Of a stretch of DNA of 64,000 nucleotides, positions 10,771-20,314 are shown piece by piece. The stretch is taken from the NCBI GenBank assembly GCA_963807605.1, contig CAWECG010000001.1, positions 96,001-160,000 of the forward strand. Direction: 5' to 3'. The notes beneath the pieces are model-generated. The model was not told the origin of the DNA and did not search any database. It saw only the letters and a list, made by a program, of their open reading frames with translations. Position 1 is the stretch's first letter; the number at the start of each line of letters is the position of its first letter. The translations under genes were made by a program, and so were the position numbers. This DNA comes from Candidatus Bathyarchaeota archaeon. Its GTDB lineage: Archaea > Thermoproteota > Bathyarchaeia > 40CM-2-53-6 > RBG-13-38-9.

Positions 10771-11859
10771 TTGAGGACAGTAATTGTTGAATGCAAGCTG
10801 CCACAGAATGTTTCACGTGTGGACGAAGTCTCAACAATGGCCGAGAATATCGGTTACAATGTGATCAAGACCATGGTTCAAAATAGGAACAGTGTACACC
10901 ATGGCCACTGCATAGGCGTTGGCAAACTCGAGGAGCTAAAGAGGCTTGTTGAACAAGAACATATCAGCATTGTAATATTCACAAACACTCTCCCCAGCAG
11001 TCAAGTATTCAAGATACAAAGAAAGATAGGCGATGTAAAGGTCATAGACCGGAACCTGTTGATCTTGGAAGTATTTGACAAGAGAGCCATGACCAATGAA
11101 GCCAAACTCCAGATAGAATTGGCTAGACTCAGATACACGTTTTCATGGGGACGTGAATTCATAAAGCTGAAAGGCATACTGGGCGAACAGGTAGGATGGA
11201 GTGGGCCTGGAGACTATCCTTTCAATGAATACGAGAAGGCTGCAAGGAGAAGAATCAGCAGAGTGAAGATGAGTCTTCGTGATGTTCAAGCTAAGAAGAC
11301 CTTACTACGTGAGAGAAGACGACAACTTGGATTCACAACGGTCGCCTTGGCAGGTTACACACAAAGCGGGAAGACAACTTTTTTCAACAGGGTAGCGTCC
11401 GAGTCCAAGGGAACAGGCGAAGGACCATTTACAACGCTCTCCTCCTACTCAAGGCTAGTGAAATGGAAAGGTTCACAGTTCATGCTGGTCGACTCCATAG
11501 GGGTCATAGAGGATATGCATCCAATGATTGTAGATGCATTCTTTGTGACTCTTGATGAGATAACAAACGCTGACAGCGTTCTTCTTTTCGTCGACGTGAC
11601 CGAGCCAATAGCGACTTTGCGGAGGAAGGTTCAGTCAGTTGACAGTATTACTAGGAAGATTGCGATGCCCTCAAAGGCGTTAATCTGCACAAATAAGACC
11701 GATCTAGTGGACGATGAGACTGCGAGAAACGCTATCGAAGTTATTAGCCAATTGCTGCCTGGCCGAAAGATTTGTCCACTGAGTGCAAAAACCGGTACGG
11801 GTGTGGATTCGACCATCGATAGCGCTCTGGCTGAATTAGAGCTTTCTTGCGTTCAGTGA
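10771..11859 (+). CDS. hflX: GTPase HflX
   Basis: DRNLLILEVF, EAKLQIELARLRY, GYTQSGKTT, FTTL and NKTD motifs. Confidence 0.9.
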   Translation: MRTVIVECKLPQNVSRVDEVSTMAENIGYNVIKTMVQNRNSVHHGHCIGVGKLEELKRLVEQEHISIVIFTNTLPSSQVFKIQRKIGDVKVIDRNLLILEVFDKRAMTNEAKLQIELARLRYTFSWGREFIKLKGILGEQVGWSGPGDYPFNEYEKAARRRISRVKMSLRDVQAKKTLLRERRRQLGFTTVALAGYTQSGKTTFFNRVASESKGTGEGPFTTLSSYSRLVKWKGSQFMLVDSIGVIEDMHPMIVDAFFVTLDEITNADSVLLFVDVTEPIATLRRKVQSVDSITRKIAMPSKALICTNKTDLVDDETARNAIEVISQLLPGRKICPLSAKTGTGVDSTIDSALAELELSCVQ

Positions 11860-12016
11860 CCCTACAGAATTGGTAAGAGACAGTAATCAAGCGTTTTTAC
11901 TTGTCTCGTGATGACATTGGAACTTATCGTATCATTCTTGGTTCTGTTTCAGAGGATAATCGTCGGGTTAAGGCTTGGCAGATGTCGCGCGCGTCTGCCC
12001 GGACTGCAGTCACTCT

Positions 12017-12046
12017 GGCAAAAAAAGAGCAAAGAAAAAGGAAAGT
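12017..12046 (-). terminator. Oligo-U terminator downstream of ulaG
   Basis: T-rich tracts on the minus strand immediately after the stop codon. Confidence 0.4.
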
Positions 12047-12058
12047 AGAGCACAGGCT

Positions 12059-13153
12059 CTACAGATAGGCTGGAAACGGCAGGTCTACCAATTCAGGTCT
12101 GAAGTATTGGGGCGCTTCTACCTGGTGTGGGTAGTAGATACGTTTCTTGTCCTTGTCTTTTGGCCACACGTACCTTGTTCCAGGTCGCATTATGCATACA
12201 TTGAAAGGAGCAAATTTCTTGTTTGCTATCATCTCGACATCTGTAGGATCGCCTTCTACGATTCCCCAGTTTTCGTAATGCATCGGAATCATAACTTTCG
12301 CCTTCAGACATTTTGCTGCTCGGTAGGCGTCGTATGCATTCATCTTGTCGGTCATACCATCGGGATTGTCTCCAAAGGTTATCAATGCTACGTCTATGTC
12401 GTATTGTCTTCCGTGTTTGAAGAACATGTTTGAGTAGTGGGAATCTCCGGCGTCATACACGGTACCGTAAGGTGTCTTCAATACGAAGTTGCAGGCTTTT
12501 TCATCCATAAGTCTAGCAAATTCTTCCATTGACATCTTGTGAATGTCCCTCTGCTCTGTTATCAGAACTGTCCTGTCAAATGACTCCACGGCGCGCACCT
12601 CAACATCCTTTATCTTGACTACGTCACCAGGCTTCACTACGACAATCCTGTCCTTTGGGGTCTTCCATCTTTCGAATATTTCTTTCCCCCGCGGAGGTGT
12701 GACAAATTTGCAGTTTGTGTTTTCTATCAGAGGTTTGACTGTATAGAAATCCATGTGGTCGTTATGTATGTGGGTGGAGAGATATGCGTCGCACTCTTTG
12801 ATTGCCCATGGATCCAAGACATGGGGAACACATCTGACCCAGTACATCTTGTCTGCTCCTGTCATTCTCATCACGCCAGAGTACTTCGCGAAGTCGTTGC
12901 GTTCCGTAAGACCTCCAGAGGCACTGTACTGGTCTATGCAGATGCTTGCACCACCGGCGCTCTTCATCCACCATGACGCGCCACCGAGCCACCATAGCAC
13001 GAACGTATTCTTCTCAGGTTTGGTTTCCTGTATTTCCTTATTTAGTATCGTTCCCCATTCTGGGAACGCGTCTCTTAGCCATTGATCCCTTGTTAGCGGT
13101 TTATCGGGGAGAAGGTTGAGACCTCCGTCCGCCACCCCTTTGATTGCTGACAT
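12059..13153 (-). CDS. ulaG: L-ascorbate-6-phosphate lactonase UlaG-like metallo-beta-lactamase
   Basis: FPEWGTILNKEI, WWLG, HIHNDH, SFDRT, GDSHYSN, TDKM and PMH motifs collinear with bacterial UlaG. Confidence 0.85.
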   Translation of the reverse strand: MSAIKGVADGGLNLLPDKPLTRDQWLRDAFPEWGTILNKEIQETKPEKNTFVLWWLGGASWWMKSAGGASICIDQYSASGGLTERNDFAKYSGVMRMTGADKMYWVRCVPHVLDPWAIKECDAYLSTHIHNDHMDFYTVKPLIENTNCKFVTPPRGKEIFERWKTPKDRIVVVKPGDVVKIKDVEVRAVESFDRTVLITEQRDIHKMSMEEFARLMDEKACNFVLKTPYGTVYDAGDSHYSNMFFKHGRQYDIDVALITFGDNPDGMTDKMNAYDAYRAAKCLKAKVMIPMHYENWGIVEGDPTDVEMIANKKFAPFNVCIMRPGTRYVWPKDKDKKRIYYPHQVEAPQYFRPELVDLPFPAYL

Positions 13154-13442
13154 TTAACTTTCCCTCTTGCTAGGAGATAGCAAGACAGAGAATTTATATT
13201 GTTTTTGTCGAGCAGTTCAGAGAAGTAAAACCCCGCTCGTTTCGCTGGTAGTTACCTCGCCAACTTCTGTGATCGTTCTGAACTCAGGATACTTACGGAT
13301 TCTGAACGTTTTAAATGAAGTTGAAGTTCGCCTAGCTTAAGATCAAATCAAGACACGACTATCGACAAACTAGATAATTCTGGCAGGGGTAATATACTTA
13401 TATTTTCTTGATTTCCAGATTTACAACGGTGTCATTTTTTTC

Positions 13443-13739
13443 ATGTCGACAAAGGAAAAGACCGAGATTCTTCCTTCTGTCAGCGTAGATCATGATGGAG
13501 AAAAGTACCACATCGAGATAGAGTTGCCTGGAGTTGAGAAAGAAAGGATAGAGCTAGAGGTAGGTGAGCAATCCTTCTGCGTACGGGCACCAAGAGAAGA
13601 TGTTGTCTACAATGCCTGTTACACAATAGCACACCCCATAGATCCCGATAAGACGGAAGCCATCTTTGAAGAAGGCCTGCTGAAAGTCACCGCACCACTT
13701 AAGAGTCCTATCAGAGGCCGTCTTGTGATTATAGAATAA
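13443..13739 (+). CDS. Small heat-shock protein (Hsp20 family)
   Basis: IELPGVEKE and AIFEEGLLKVTAP alpha-crystallin motifs. Confidence 0.85.
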   Translation: MSTKEKTEILPSVSVDHDGEKYHIEIELPGVEKERIELEVGEQSFCVRAPREDVVYNACYTIAHPIDPDKTEAIFEEGLLKVTAPLKSPIRGRLVIIE

Positions 13740-13842
13740 TCGGGCGTTCAACATATCTTGAGTTGCATTTCCTAAATGAGTTAGGTCTCCTCTACACGGG
13801 AATCGATACTCATGCCTCTCAACATAGTCTTGTTTCGTGAAT

Positions 13843-14619
13843 TCACGGTTTTGAGATCGATTCATAAGTGCTCGGTTTTCTTTCCTTGAGCCTTGCATCT
13901 CGAAGCCTTCGGGCAGTCTGAATGTTCACCTCACCCATTATCGCCCCGGAGGATTCTCCTCCTATCGAGAGAACATTAGGGTAGACTACACCAGTCTTGG
14001 CATCCTCGCTTAGATCCAAGATGATGCTATGACCCAGGAATCGAGGTGGGTACGAGACATTTGCCGCAACAATTGGCAAGCGATTCTCGAGGCAACGTGT
14101 TGTGAGATACAGATGCCAGGGTTGGATTCCGGCCTTCATGATTCGTGATGGAGCGAACAGCATCTCAGCGCCTTCTAGAGCAAAAATCCGGGCAACCTCA
14201 GGGAAAACCGCATCGTAACACACGATAACACCGAATTTCACGTTTCCCGATTCGAATATTGGATACTCGGATCCGGGTTTTGCTATAGACTTCTCATGGC
14301 CAAAGAGATGCACCTTCCTTTGTCGGCCCATAAGTCTACCGTGGTGATCAACTATGGGCGCAGTCACGAAGATACCGTCTGTCAGCCGTTCGAAGAATCC
14401 TCCTGCAATTATAGTGGTGCTGAATTTACGGGCTACGTCTCTCATTAATTCTATCAAGTTGGAGACGCGATCTGGTGTTTCCTCCCCCAACCAATGCTCC
14501 GGAAAGCAGATTATCTCGGATCCTTCATCGGTTGCTTTCCTAACCAGCCTCTCAATATTGTCTTCTAAACTGTCATTAGTGGCCTTGTCTGGGCCGATCT
14601 GGATTGCCGCTACTTTCAG
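13843..14619 (-). CDS. Carbon-nitrogen hydrolase (nitrilase family)
   Basis: LKVAAIQI, CFPEHW, QRKVHLF and VCYDAVFPE (E-K-C triad); CTG start overlaps the coaBC stop (CTGA). Confidence 0.9.
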   Translation of the reverse strand: MKVAAIQIGPDKATNDSLEDNIERLVRKATDEGSEIICFPEHWLGEETPDRVSNLIELMRDVARKFSTTIIAGGFFERLTDGIFVTAPIVDHHGRLMGRQRKVHLFGHEKSIAKPGSEYPIFESGNVKFGVIVCYDAVFPEVARIFALEGAEMLFAPSRIMKAGIQPWHLYLTTRCLENRLPIVAANVSYPPRFLGHSIILDLSEDAKTGVVYPNVLSIGGESSGAIMGEVNIQTARRLRDARLKERKPSTYESISKP

Positions 14620-15905
14620 TGAATTCGCAGCCCCTTAATTCCCAGTTTATCGACTAGATAGTCAAGGAGTCGTCTCGCGATTTCTTCCTTACTAGTTCGA
14701 GCTATGTGAGTGGCATTTCCAGAACGATCGACTAGGAATACTTCGTTCTCTTCTGAGCCAAACCCAACGCCTTCAATACCTACGTGATTAGCAACTGCAA
14801 GGTCAGCTCCCGACGAGCTAAGAACCTCCCGTGCTTTTTCAATAAGTTCTGAATCCGATAGGCCATACTCAGCTTTGAAGGCGACTAAACAAGTCTTCGG
14901 GCTGGTCTTCTTCACTTGGTCTATTATCTTAGGTGTAGCTTGGAGTTCGACCGTAAAGCTTTGACTTTCTCTTGTACGAATCTTGGTCTTGTGGGAAATT
15001 GTAGGTTTGTAGTCGACTACGGCAGCACTTCCGATGAATACTTGATATTGTTTGCTTTCAAGCTCTTCTCTAACCGCCTGAAGCATCTCCTCTGTAGTCT
15101 CAACTTTTACTGCTCTCACATTCAGCGGCATCACTGTTTCAACTGGCCCTATTATCAGAGTCGCGGATGCTCCACGCCTTGCGGCTTCGTTAGCGATTGC
15201 GACCCCTGTCTTGCCGGAGCCTTTGTTTGTGATTATCCGAACTGGGTCTATGTATTCTAAAGTAGGCCCTGCAGAAATGAGAAAGTTAAGTCCCTTCAGG
15301 TCGTCATGGGATAGCCTTCTGATTACTGCCTCGACTATGGTTGAAGTCTTTGGAATCTTAGCTTTACTCTCTACGATATACGGATCAAGTACGTTAATGT
15401 CAAAGGTCTTTAGCTTCCCAATATTCTCAAGAACTATTGGATGCTTGTACATGGATTGGTGCATGGCTGGGGCTATGATGATCGGTACGCCAGATCCCAA
15501 TGCGGTAGTGGCTACCGTCGTCACGGTCGTGTCGTCGATTCCGCATGCTATCTTTCCAATCGTGTTGGCTGTCGCTGGAGCTATCAGCAATAGATCCGCC
15601 CTCCCGGCCCACTCGCCCGCCAGCTGAATATGCTCAGTGCTCCCGGTGAGCTCGGTCACAACAGGATTGCCCGTAGCCCATCCCATAAGTTTGGGATTTA
15701 TTAGCTCGCAGGCCGATCGAGAGAGCACCGGGTAGACTTCTGCGCCTCTCCGCATCAGCTCCCTACCAATTTCTGGTGCTTGTGCTGCAGCGACACTTCC
15801 GGTGATACAGAGGATTATCTTCTTGTTAAGAAGCTCTCTTCCTGAAGTGCCCGTTATATCCTTAAGCGGGTTCTGTGACAGATCCTGAATCCCCTTCATT
15901 ATCAA
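14616..15905 (-). CDS. coaBC: Bifunctional phosphopantothenoylcysteine decarboxylase/synthetase
   Basis: ITGSVAA, APATANTIGK, PAMH, GPTLEYIDPVRIITNKGSG and AAVVDY motifs. Confidence 0.95.
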   Translation of the reverse strand: MIMKGIQDLSQNPLKDITGTSGRELLNKKIILCITGSVAAAQAPEIGRELMRRGAEVYPVLSRSACELINPKLMGWATGNPVVTELTGSTEHIQLAGEWAGRADLLLIAPATANTIGKIACGIDDTTVTTVATTALGSGVPIIIAPAMHQSMYKHPIVLENIGKLKTFDINVLDPYIVESKAKIPKTSTIVEAVIRRLSHDDLKGLNFLISAGPTLEYIDPVRIITNKGSGKTGVAIANEAARRGASATLIIGPVETVMPLNVRAVKVETTEEMLQAVREELESKQYQVFIGSAAVVDYKPTISHKTKIRTRESQSFTVELQATPKIIDQVKKTSPKTCLVAFKAEYGLSDSELIEKAREVLSSSGADLAVANHVGIEGVGFGSEENEVFLVDRSGNATHIARTSKEEIARRLLDYLVDKLGIKGLRIH

Positions 15906-16084
15906 ATGGTGCTAGATCTTGATAACCGTGCTCCCGCCTCAACTATGGGCATATGAAGTTAAATATCGGGCATCGAGGGCCTCATGTTGTCATGACAGTC
16001 AGCTCTGACCAAATTATCGCAGGTAGAGCTAAGAACCACAAATGTAAGCATACTAGCAGCACATGATAAGTACGGGTTCTTGAT

Positions 16085-17068
16085 ATGCGTCTGCGGGCTT
16101 TTTTGGGAAAGTGGTCACAGTCTGCAGATGTATTTTTGGTTCCTTTTACCATCCCTATAGTCGCACTTTTTCTCATCGACTCAAATCAGTTCATACTCGG
16201 CTGGAATGAGGGAGCGGGCGGTGGCTTAGTTTTTGCCTTTGTCTTTTTGACAATGGAGTGGTACGACGCGAGGAGATTGCTTGATTTTAGATTGGATGCT
16301 AGGAGATTACTCGGCATAGCTGCTTCTGTATCCATACTCGTGGCATACTTCGTGGTAGTCTACGCCCTTGGCCAGACCAGCCTTGTCGCCAAATTCGGTG
16401 CCAAATTTGGTTATATCAGCACTCCCCAAATCCTGAGTTGGACTAGAATGTGGGATTACATTCTTTATGCTCTCTTTATTCTATCAATTGTCGCATTCTC
16501 CTTTGGTGTTTTCAAAATCAAGTATTTCCCCACTCCGTTAGTCTTCCTCTCAGGCATGGCTTTCATCCTCCTTTTAGATGCCACATTCCCCTATGGTTCT
16601 ATAGAATCGTTACAGGTCCTGATTCAACCTATTCTTGTCGCTACCGTATTTCTACTGAGGGCTGTTGGAGTCAGAGTAGAGCTGGTGGGTTTTGACAGCC
16701 TTGCTGTCTGGGGTCATAAAGGGTTCTTGATCATAGACATGTACTGGCAATGCGCTGGAATACTAAGCATGACCATTTACCTGTTGGTGATCATAATACT
16801 GATGGTCAAGCTGGATACCACCGTTACTAGAAAGTTAGTGTTCGCTACATTAGGAGCGATAGGGACTTTTCTCGTGAACATAATCAGAATATTTCTCATA
16901 ATCTATTATGGCGCATTCATAGACGTGAATCTGAGGATGTTCCACGAATCGATAGGTGAGGTTCTTTTTACCGTCTGGATCGTAATTTATCTGTTGACAA
17001 TAACTGCAATAGAGATTCGTTCAACAAGGAATGCACGACACTTGGATAATATTCCACCGTCTGCCTAA
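16085..17068 (+). CDS. Archaeosortase/exosortase (thaumarchaeosortase-like)
   Basis: Multi-pass membrane protein with GWNEG, WQCAG (Cys), VNIIRI (Arg) and MFHESIGE (His) motifs. Confidence 0.82.
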   Translation: MRLRAFLGKWSQSADVFLVPFTIPIVALFLIDSNQFILGWNEGAGGGLVFAFVFLTMEWYDARRLLDFRLDARRLLGIAASVSILVAYFVVVYALGQTSLVAKFGAKFGYISTPQILSWTRMWDYILYALFILSIVAFSFGVFKIKYFPTPLVFLSGMAFILLLDATFPYGSIESLQVLIQPILVATVFLLRAVGVRVELVGFDSLAVWGHKGFLIIDMYWQCAGILSMTIYLLVIIILMVKLDTTVTRKLVFATLGAIGTFLVNIIRIFLIIYYGAFIDVNLRMFHESIGEVLFTVWIVIYLLTITAIEIRSTRNARHLDNIPPSA

Positions 17069-17175
17069 ACGACGAATCATCATTTTGGGGGCTTCCTATT
17101 CGCCTTGAAGATGACCATTTTCGCGACTTTTGCGGCAGCAGACCACGAGCGCGTGTCTTGCTCTCTCGTGGCAAG

Positions 17176-17616
17176 TCATTCTGTGGCGATTGCATCTAGG
17201 CCTGCCTGAGAAACCGCTCTGTCTTGTTCAGCGGTGCCTGAGCTGCAACCTATCCCGCCAACGACTTGCCCGCTTATGACTATCGGCAGACCTCCTCCGA
17301 AGATCACGAACCTTCCCTGATTACTTACGTGAATACCGAATGCGGATTTGCCTGGTGACGCAACCTCAGCATACTCATGTGTTCCCCGCCTACTACAGGC
17401 GGATGTAAAGGCCTTGTTTATCGCAATATCGATACCGGTGATCTTCGCACCATCCATTCTCTCGAATGCTAGGAGGTTTCCACCTTCGTCTACTACTGCT
17501 ATATCCATCGGAACACCTATCTCCCTAGCCTTGCGCTCCGAAGCAGCCAAGATAAGTCTAGAGCCCTCTAGCGTCAACTTTATGGAGTTGCTATAGATCG
17601 GAGTCTTATTTGTCAA
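17176..17616 (-). CDS. GlcG/HbpS heme-binding protein (DUF336)
   Basis: IAVVDEGG, RMDGA, AINKAFTS, GGGLPI and GGIGCSSG motifs. Confidence 0.9.
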   Translation of the reverse strand: MTNKTPIYSNSIKLTLEGSRLILAASERKAREIGVPMDIAVVDEGGNLLAFERMDGAKITGIDIAINKAFTSACSRRGTHEYAEVASPGKSAFGIHVSNQGRFVIFGGGLPIVISGQVVGGIGCSSGTAEQDRAVSQAGLDAIATE

Positions 17617-18003
17617 CTTGCATCACTAAATGTTAGTCACTAAGAGGATAAATGGATATCGAAGGTTTTGAAGAGTAGTGATTCTAAGTCGTACATTCTC
17701 GTCACACCCGCTACTCCCAAGATGGCATAGTCAAGTCAGCCGTGATGAGACAAGCGTGTGTCGCGTGGACATAATTTGGTAGGGTACGGGAAGATTCCGA
17801 GCTTCCTTCGTCTGCGATTCTCTCGTTTCAGTTTAAGTGCAACCGAAATAAACATATAAAGAAGGCTTACGTCTATACGCTACTCCGAACCGACTGGTAT
17901 CTCAGTCTGACACGGATCGTCATGACTATCTAGGATCACAGGAGTCAATCAAAGAATGAATTCGCGCCAGACCTATTATGTAGCCAACTGAGGTAGGCAT
18001 GAT

Positions 18004-18816
18004 TTGGAGCTATCTGTAATCAAAAAGGACAAAGACGTATTGCGATTCATGGTTAGCGGAGTCACTTCGGCTTTTGCGAATGCATTGCGTAGGACTATGA
18101 TAGCTGAAGTTCCGACGATGGCGATTGACGATGTCATAGTAATAGAAAATACGTCGGTCCTATTTGATGAGTTTCTGGCGCACCGATTCGGGTTAATTCC
18201 TTTGACAACTGATCTCGATGCTTATACACTTCCCGAAAAATGTGATTGCAAGAGTGAGTTGGGCTGCAACAGGTGCAGGGCCTCATTCACAATGGAGGTT
18301 GAGGCAAAAGATAAAACCACAACTATCTATTCCGGAGACCTCGCGCCTGATAACCCCTCCATAAGACCAGTGAGCGAGAAGATACCCATTGTGAAGCTGG
18401 CGCCGGGACAGAGGCTGAAATTAGAAGCGTACGCAAAGCTTGGGCGAGGTCAAGAACACGCTAAGTGGCAACCCGTCTCCGCCTGCACCTACAAATACCT
18501 GCCGACAATCTCTATAGATACAAGCAAATGTGACGGTTGCGGTGACTGCATAAAATACTGCCCCAAATGCGTACTGGAAATGAAAGACAAAAAACTCGTC
18601 GTAAAAGATGTGGAGGAGTGCATTCTCTGCACTGAGTGCATAAAGCGATGTTCAAAGGAACCCTGCCCGATAAAAGTCGGCTGGAGTGAAACTGATTTCA
18701 TATTCCTAGTCGAATCCACAGGTTCGTTGCCTGCAACGAAGATAGTAGAACAAGCAGCTAAACAAATTGGAGAGAAAGCCTCAGAACTCTTGCAGATTAT
18801 CAAGCACGCAGCGTGA
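18004..18816 (+). CDS. rpoD: RNA polymerase subunit D (Rpo3) with ferredoxin-like domain
   Basis: ANALRRTMIAEVP, LAHRFGLIPL, EHAKWQP and two CxxCxxC clusters. Confidence 0.96.
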   Translation: MELSVIKKDKDVLRFMVSGVTSAFANALRRTMIAEVPTMAIDDVIVIENTSVLFDEFLAHRFGLIPLTTDLDAYTLPEKCDCKSELGCNRCRASFTMEVEAKDKTTTIYSGDLAPDNPSIRPVSEKIPIVKLAPGQRLKLEAYAKLGRGQEHAKWQPVSACTYKYLPTISIDTSKCDGCGDCIKYCPKCVLEMKDKKLVVKDVEECILCTECIKRCSKEPCPIKVGWSETDFIFLVESTGSLPATKIVEQAAKQIGEKASELLQIIKHAA

Positions 18817-18820
18817 AAAA

Positions 18821-19177
18821 ATGAAAAACAAGACTAACCTGCAACTTCTCACACTGGCGAGACTTCTGCGTAAAGCCTCCAAGGATAACGGAGCACCAAT
18901 CTGGGTTACAATATCTCGCGCAATTAGCAAGCCGAGAAAGAATATCGCACAGGTGAACATAAAGCGAATTTCGAGATTCACAAAGAATGGAGAGACAGTC
19001 GCCGTTCTGGGAAAGGTATTGGGTACAGGGGTAGTGGATCACAAAGTAACCGTTGCTGCCCTCGGCTTTTCAAATGCTGCAAGAGAGAAGATAAGAATCG
19101 CAGGCGGCAAATGTTTCACCTTCTTGGAACTTCTCGAAAGTAATCCAAAAGGTACTCACGTCAAGATTATGAGGTAA
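18821..19177 (+). CDS. rpl18e: 50S ribosomal protein L18e
   Basis: KTNLQL, APIW, VNIKRI and GKVLGTG motifs; operon position. Confidence 0.95.
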   Translation: MKNKTNLQLLTLARLLRKASKDNGAPIWVTISRAISKPRKNIAQVNIKRISRFTKNGETVAVLGKVLGTGVVDHKVTVAALGFSNAAREKIRIAGGKCFTFLELLESNPKGTHVKIMR

Positions 19178-19185
19178 CGACACAA

Positions 19186-19632
19186 ATGTCGAACAAGCCT
19201 ATAGTTATCGACGCGACAAACTTGATTCTGGGAAGAATGCTAAGCTACGCAGCAAAAAGGGCTATTGAGGGTCAGCAAGTAATTATACTAAACGTTTCAA
19301 AAGCCGTAATATCGGGTGGAAAGAGAAATATAGTCCAAAGAGCGAAGACCAAGCTAAGCACAAGAAGCCTATTGTCGCAAGATAAGGGGCCCATTCACCC
19401 GCGCAGACCTGATAATTATGCGCGACGTGCCCTCAGGGGGATGTTGCCCTTCAAGAAACCTTCTGGAAAGGAAGCTTACAAAAGAGTCAGCGTGTACTTC
19501 GATACACCGAGTCGTTATGCTCAGGAACCGCGACAGACTATTCCCGGCGCTCAAGCTTCGAAACTAAAGTGCCGTTTCATTCTTCTAGAGGAATACTCAA
19601 AAGAGATAGGAGGACGTATTTCAAGTGAGTGA
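19186..19632 (+). CDS. rpl13: 50S ribosomal protein L13
   Basis: IDATNLILGR, GPIHPRRP and RGMLP motifs. Confidence 0.96.
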   Translation: MSNKPIVIDATNLILGRMLSYAAKRAIEGQQVIILNVSKAVISGGKRNIVQRAKTKLSTRSLLSQDKGPIHPRRPDNYARRALRGMLPFKKPSGKEAYKRVSVYFDTPSRYAQEPRQTIPGAQASKLKCRFILLEEYSKEIGGRISSE

Positions 19633-20035
19633 GAAAAGAAAAGTTCTAACCGTCAGCGGAAAGAGAAAGACAGCAATTGCCAAAGCGGTCGTAAGAACTG
19701 GGAGAGGGCGTGTCACTTTCAACAACTACCCCTTGAACCTTGTGACACCAGAAACCGCACGGGCTAAGATTATGGAACCCCTGGCATTAGCTGGAGAAAG
19801 GGCGAAAGGTATGGACATCAGTGTTGAAGCACACGGAGGAGGGGTGATAGGCCAAGCTGAGGCTGCAAGGATGGCGATAACCCGAGCCCTTCTTCGGTGG
19901 ACGAAGAGCGCTCAACTCAGACGTGTCTTGAGAAACCAAGATAGAACTATGCTAGCCGGGGATCCCAGACGATCAGAATCGAAGAAGTTCGGTGGTCCAG
20001 GAGCCCGAAGAAGGAAACAGAAGTCGTATCGATAG
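19625..20035 (+). CDS. rps9: 30S ribosomal protein S9
   Basis: GKRKTAIA, GGGVIGQ and KKFGGPGARRRKQKSYR motifs. Confidence 0.97.
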   Translation: MSEKRKVLTVSGKRKTAIAKAVVRTGRGRVTFNNYPLNLVTPETARAKIMEPLALAGERAKGMDISVEAHGGGVIGQAEAARMAITRALLRWTKSAQLRRVLRNQDRTMLAGDPRRSESKKFGGPGARRRKQKSYR

Positions 20036-20083
20036 ACACGTTTGCATAGCGCAAAATTATGGTGACCATCTGGAGGACATGTT

Positions 20084-20305
20084 ATGATAATGCCTGTTCG
20101 CTGTTTCACCTGTGGTAAGCTGGTAGCCGACAAATGGGAGGAATTCTCGAGCAGGGTAAAGTCTGGAGAGGAACCTAAGAAAGTTCTTGATGAACTTGGC
20201 ATCACCAGATATTGTTGCAGAAGAATGTTCATCTCACACGTGGACGTTATCGATGATATTCTTGAGTATTCTGAAGCTACCGCCAAGAAGTCGCAAGCAA
20301 CTTGA
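20084..20305 (+). CDS. rpoN: RNA polymerase subunit N (Rpo10)
   Basis: PVRCFTCG and RYCCRRM motifs. Confidence 0.97.
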   Translation: MIMPVRCFTCGKLVADKWEEFSSRVKSGEEPKKVLDELGITRYCCRRMFISHVDVIDDILEYSEATAKKSQAT

Positions 20306-20314
20306 GGATCTAAA

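Noticed and set aside
17620-18000. Possible tRNA or C/D-box sRNA upstream of rpoD
   Set aside because: A UGAUGA occurs near 17743 but without a suitably spaced CUGA, and there is no cloverleaf.
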